DNA of 63,008 bases, filler included, from Basidiobolus ranarum (taxonomy: Eukaryota): NCBI GenBank assembly GCA_040143965.1. It is 50 parts of 50 records of this genome, joined end to end, with 100 filler letters (N's around TTAATTAATTAA, not from the genome) between each part and the next. Parts side by side here need not be neighbours in the genome. Positions count along the whole stretch, not along the records: positions 61,854 to 63,008 come from JASJQH010013086.1; 49 more parts are not named here. One strand, 5' to 3'. Below the pieces are notes generated by a model, which was not told the DNA's origin, did not search any database, and saw only the letters and a list, made by a program, of their open reading frames with translations. The position numbers were made by a program, and so were the translations under genes. Each line of letters starts with the position of its first letter. Within the stretch, counting starts at the first letter, position 1. Positions 62,759-63,008 of the stretch are shown here, one piece after another.

Positions 62759-63008
62759 TATGGATGATGGTAGAAGATATAGTTCAGCAATATTTAATCA
62801 CTTTATGGTGTAAACTTTGTATTATAGATGCAACTCATGTTAGTGTTTCTGGTTATTTTATTCACAAGATAATATGGGGACTTATACAGCAGCTAATTCT
62901 ATCAACTGCTGGAGATATTCATGAGCTTCTATAATAATCCATAGTAGATAAGCCCAGTTATTAAGACACACTTGTTATGTAGATATGGAGGTATTACTAT
63001 TCAGAATA

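Overview
This window is not contiguous DNA. It is a pseudo-scaffold of 50 unplaced contigs sorted by length (1168 down to 1155 bp), joined by 49 artificial 100-bp linkers (N44-TTAATTAATTAA-N44), so adjacency across linkers carries no information. The DNA is eukaryotic and AT-rich, with 60-70 bp GT-AG introns; an early-diverging fungus is inferred from Pan1, an intron-containing class II ribonucleotide reductase and fungal-type transposons. About three quarters of the contigs are decayed, heavily nested transposons: two Copia families primed by a half tRNA-iMet (called Copia-A and Copia-B here), other Copia fragments, a chromodomain Gypsy (Gypsy-C), a second Gypsy, a ~5 kb CMC/EnSpm DNA transposon with CCCTAACA ends and two divergent genes (CMC-1), a TIR element ending in AGACTTGTTCCAT (TIR-X), and a solo LTR carrying a tRNA-like cassette. 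Host gene fragments are Pan1, a B12-dependent ribonucleotide reductase with 5 introns, an alkaline phosphatase C-terminus and two unknown, probably extracellular proteins. The most novel item is a 1046-bp tandemly repeated gene for a secreted, Kex2-processed 65-aa peptide made almost entirely of Asp-Asp-Cys-Cys repeats. Repeats are nearly CpG-free while single-copy genes keep CpG. All calls come from reading the sequence by eye; no database searches were run.
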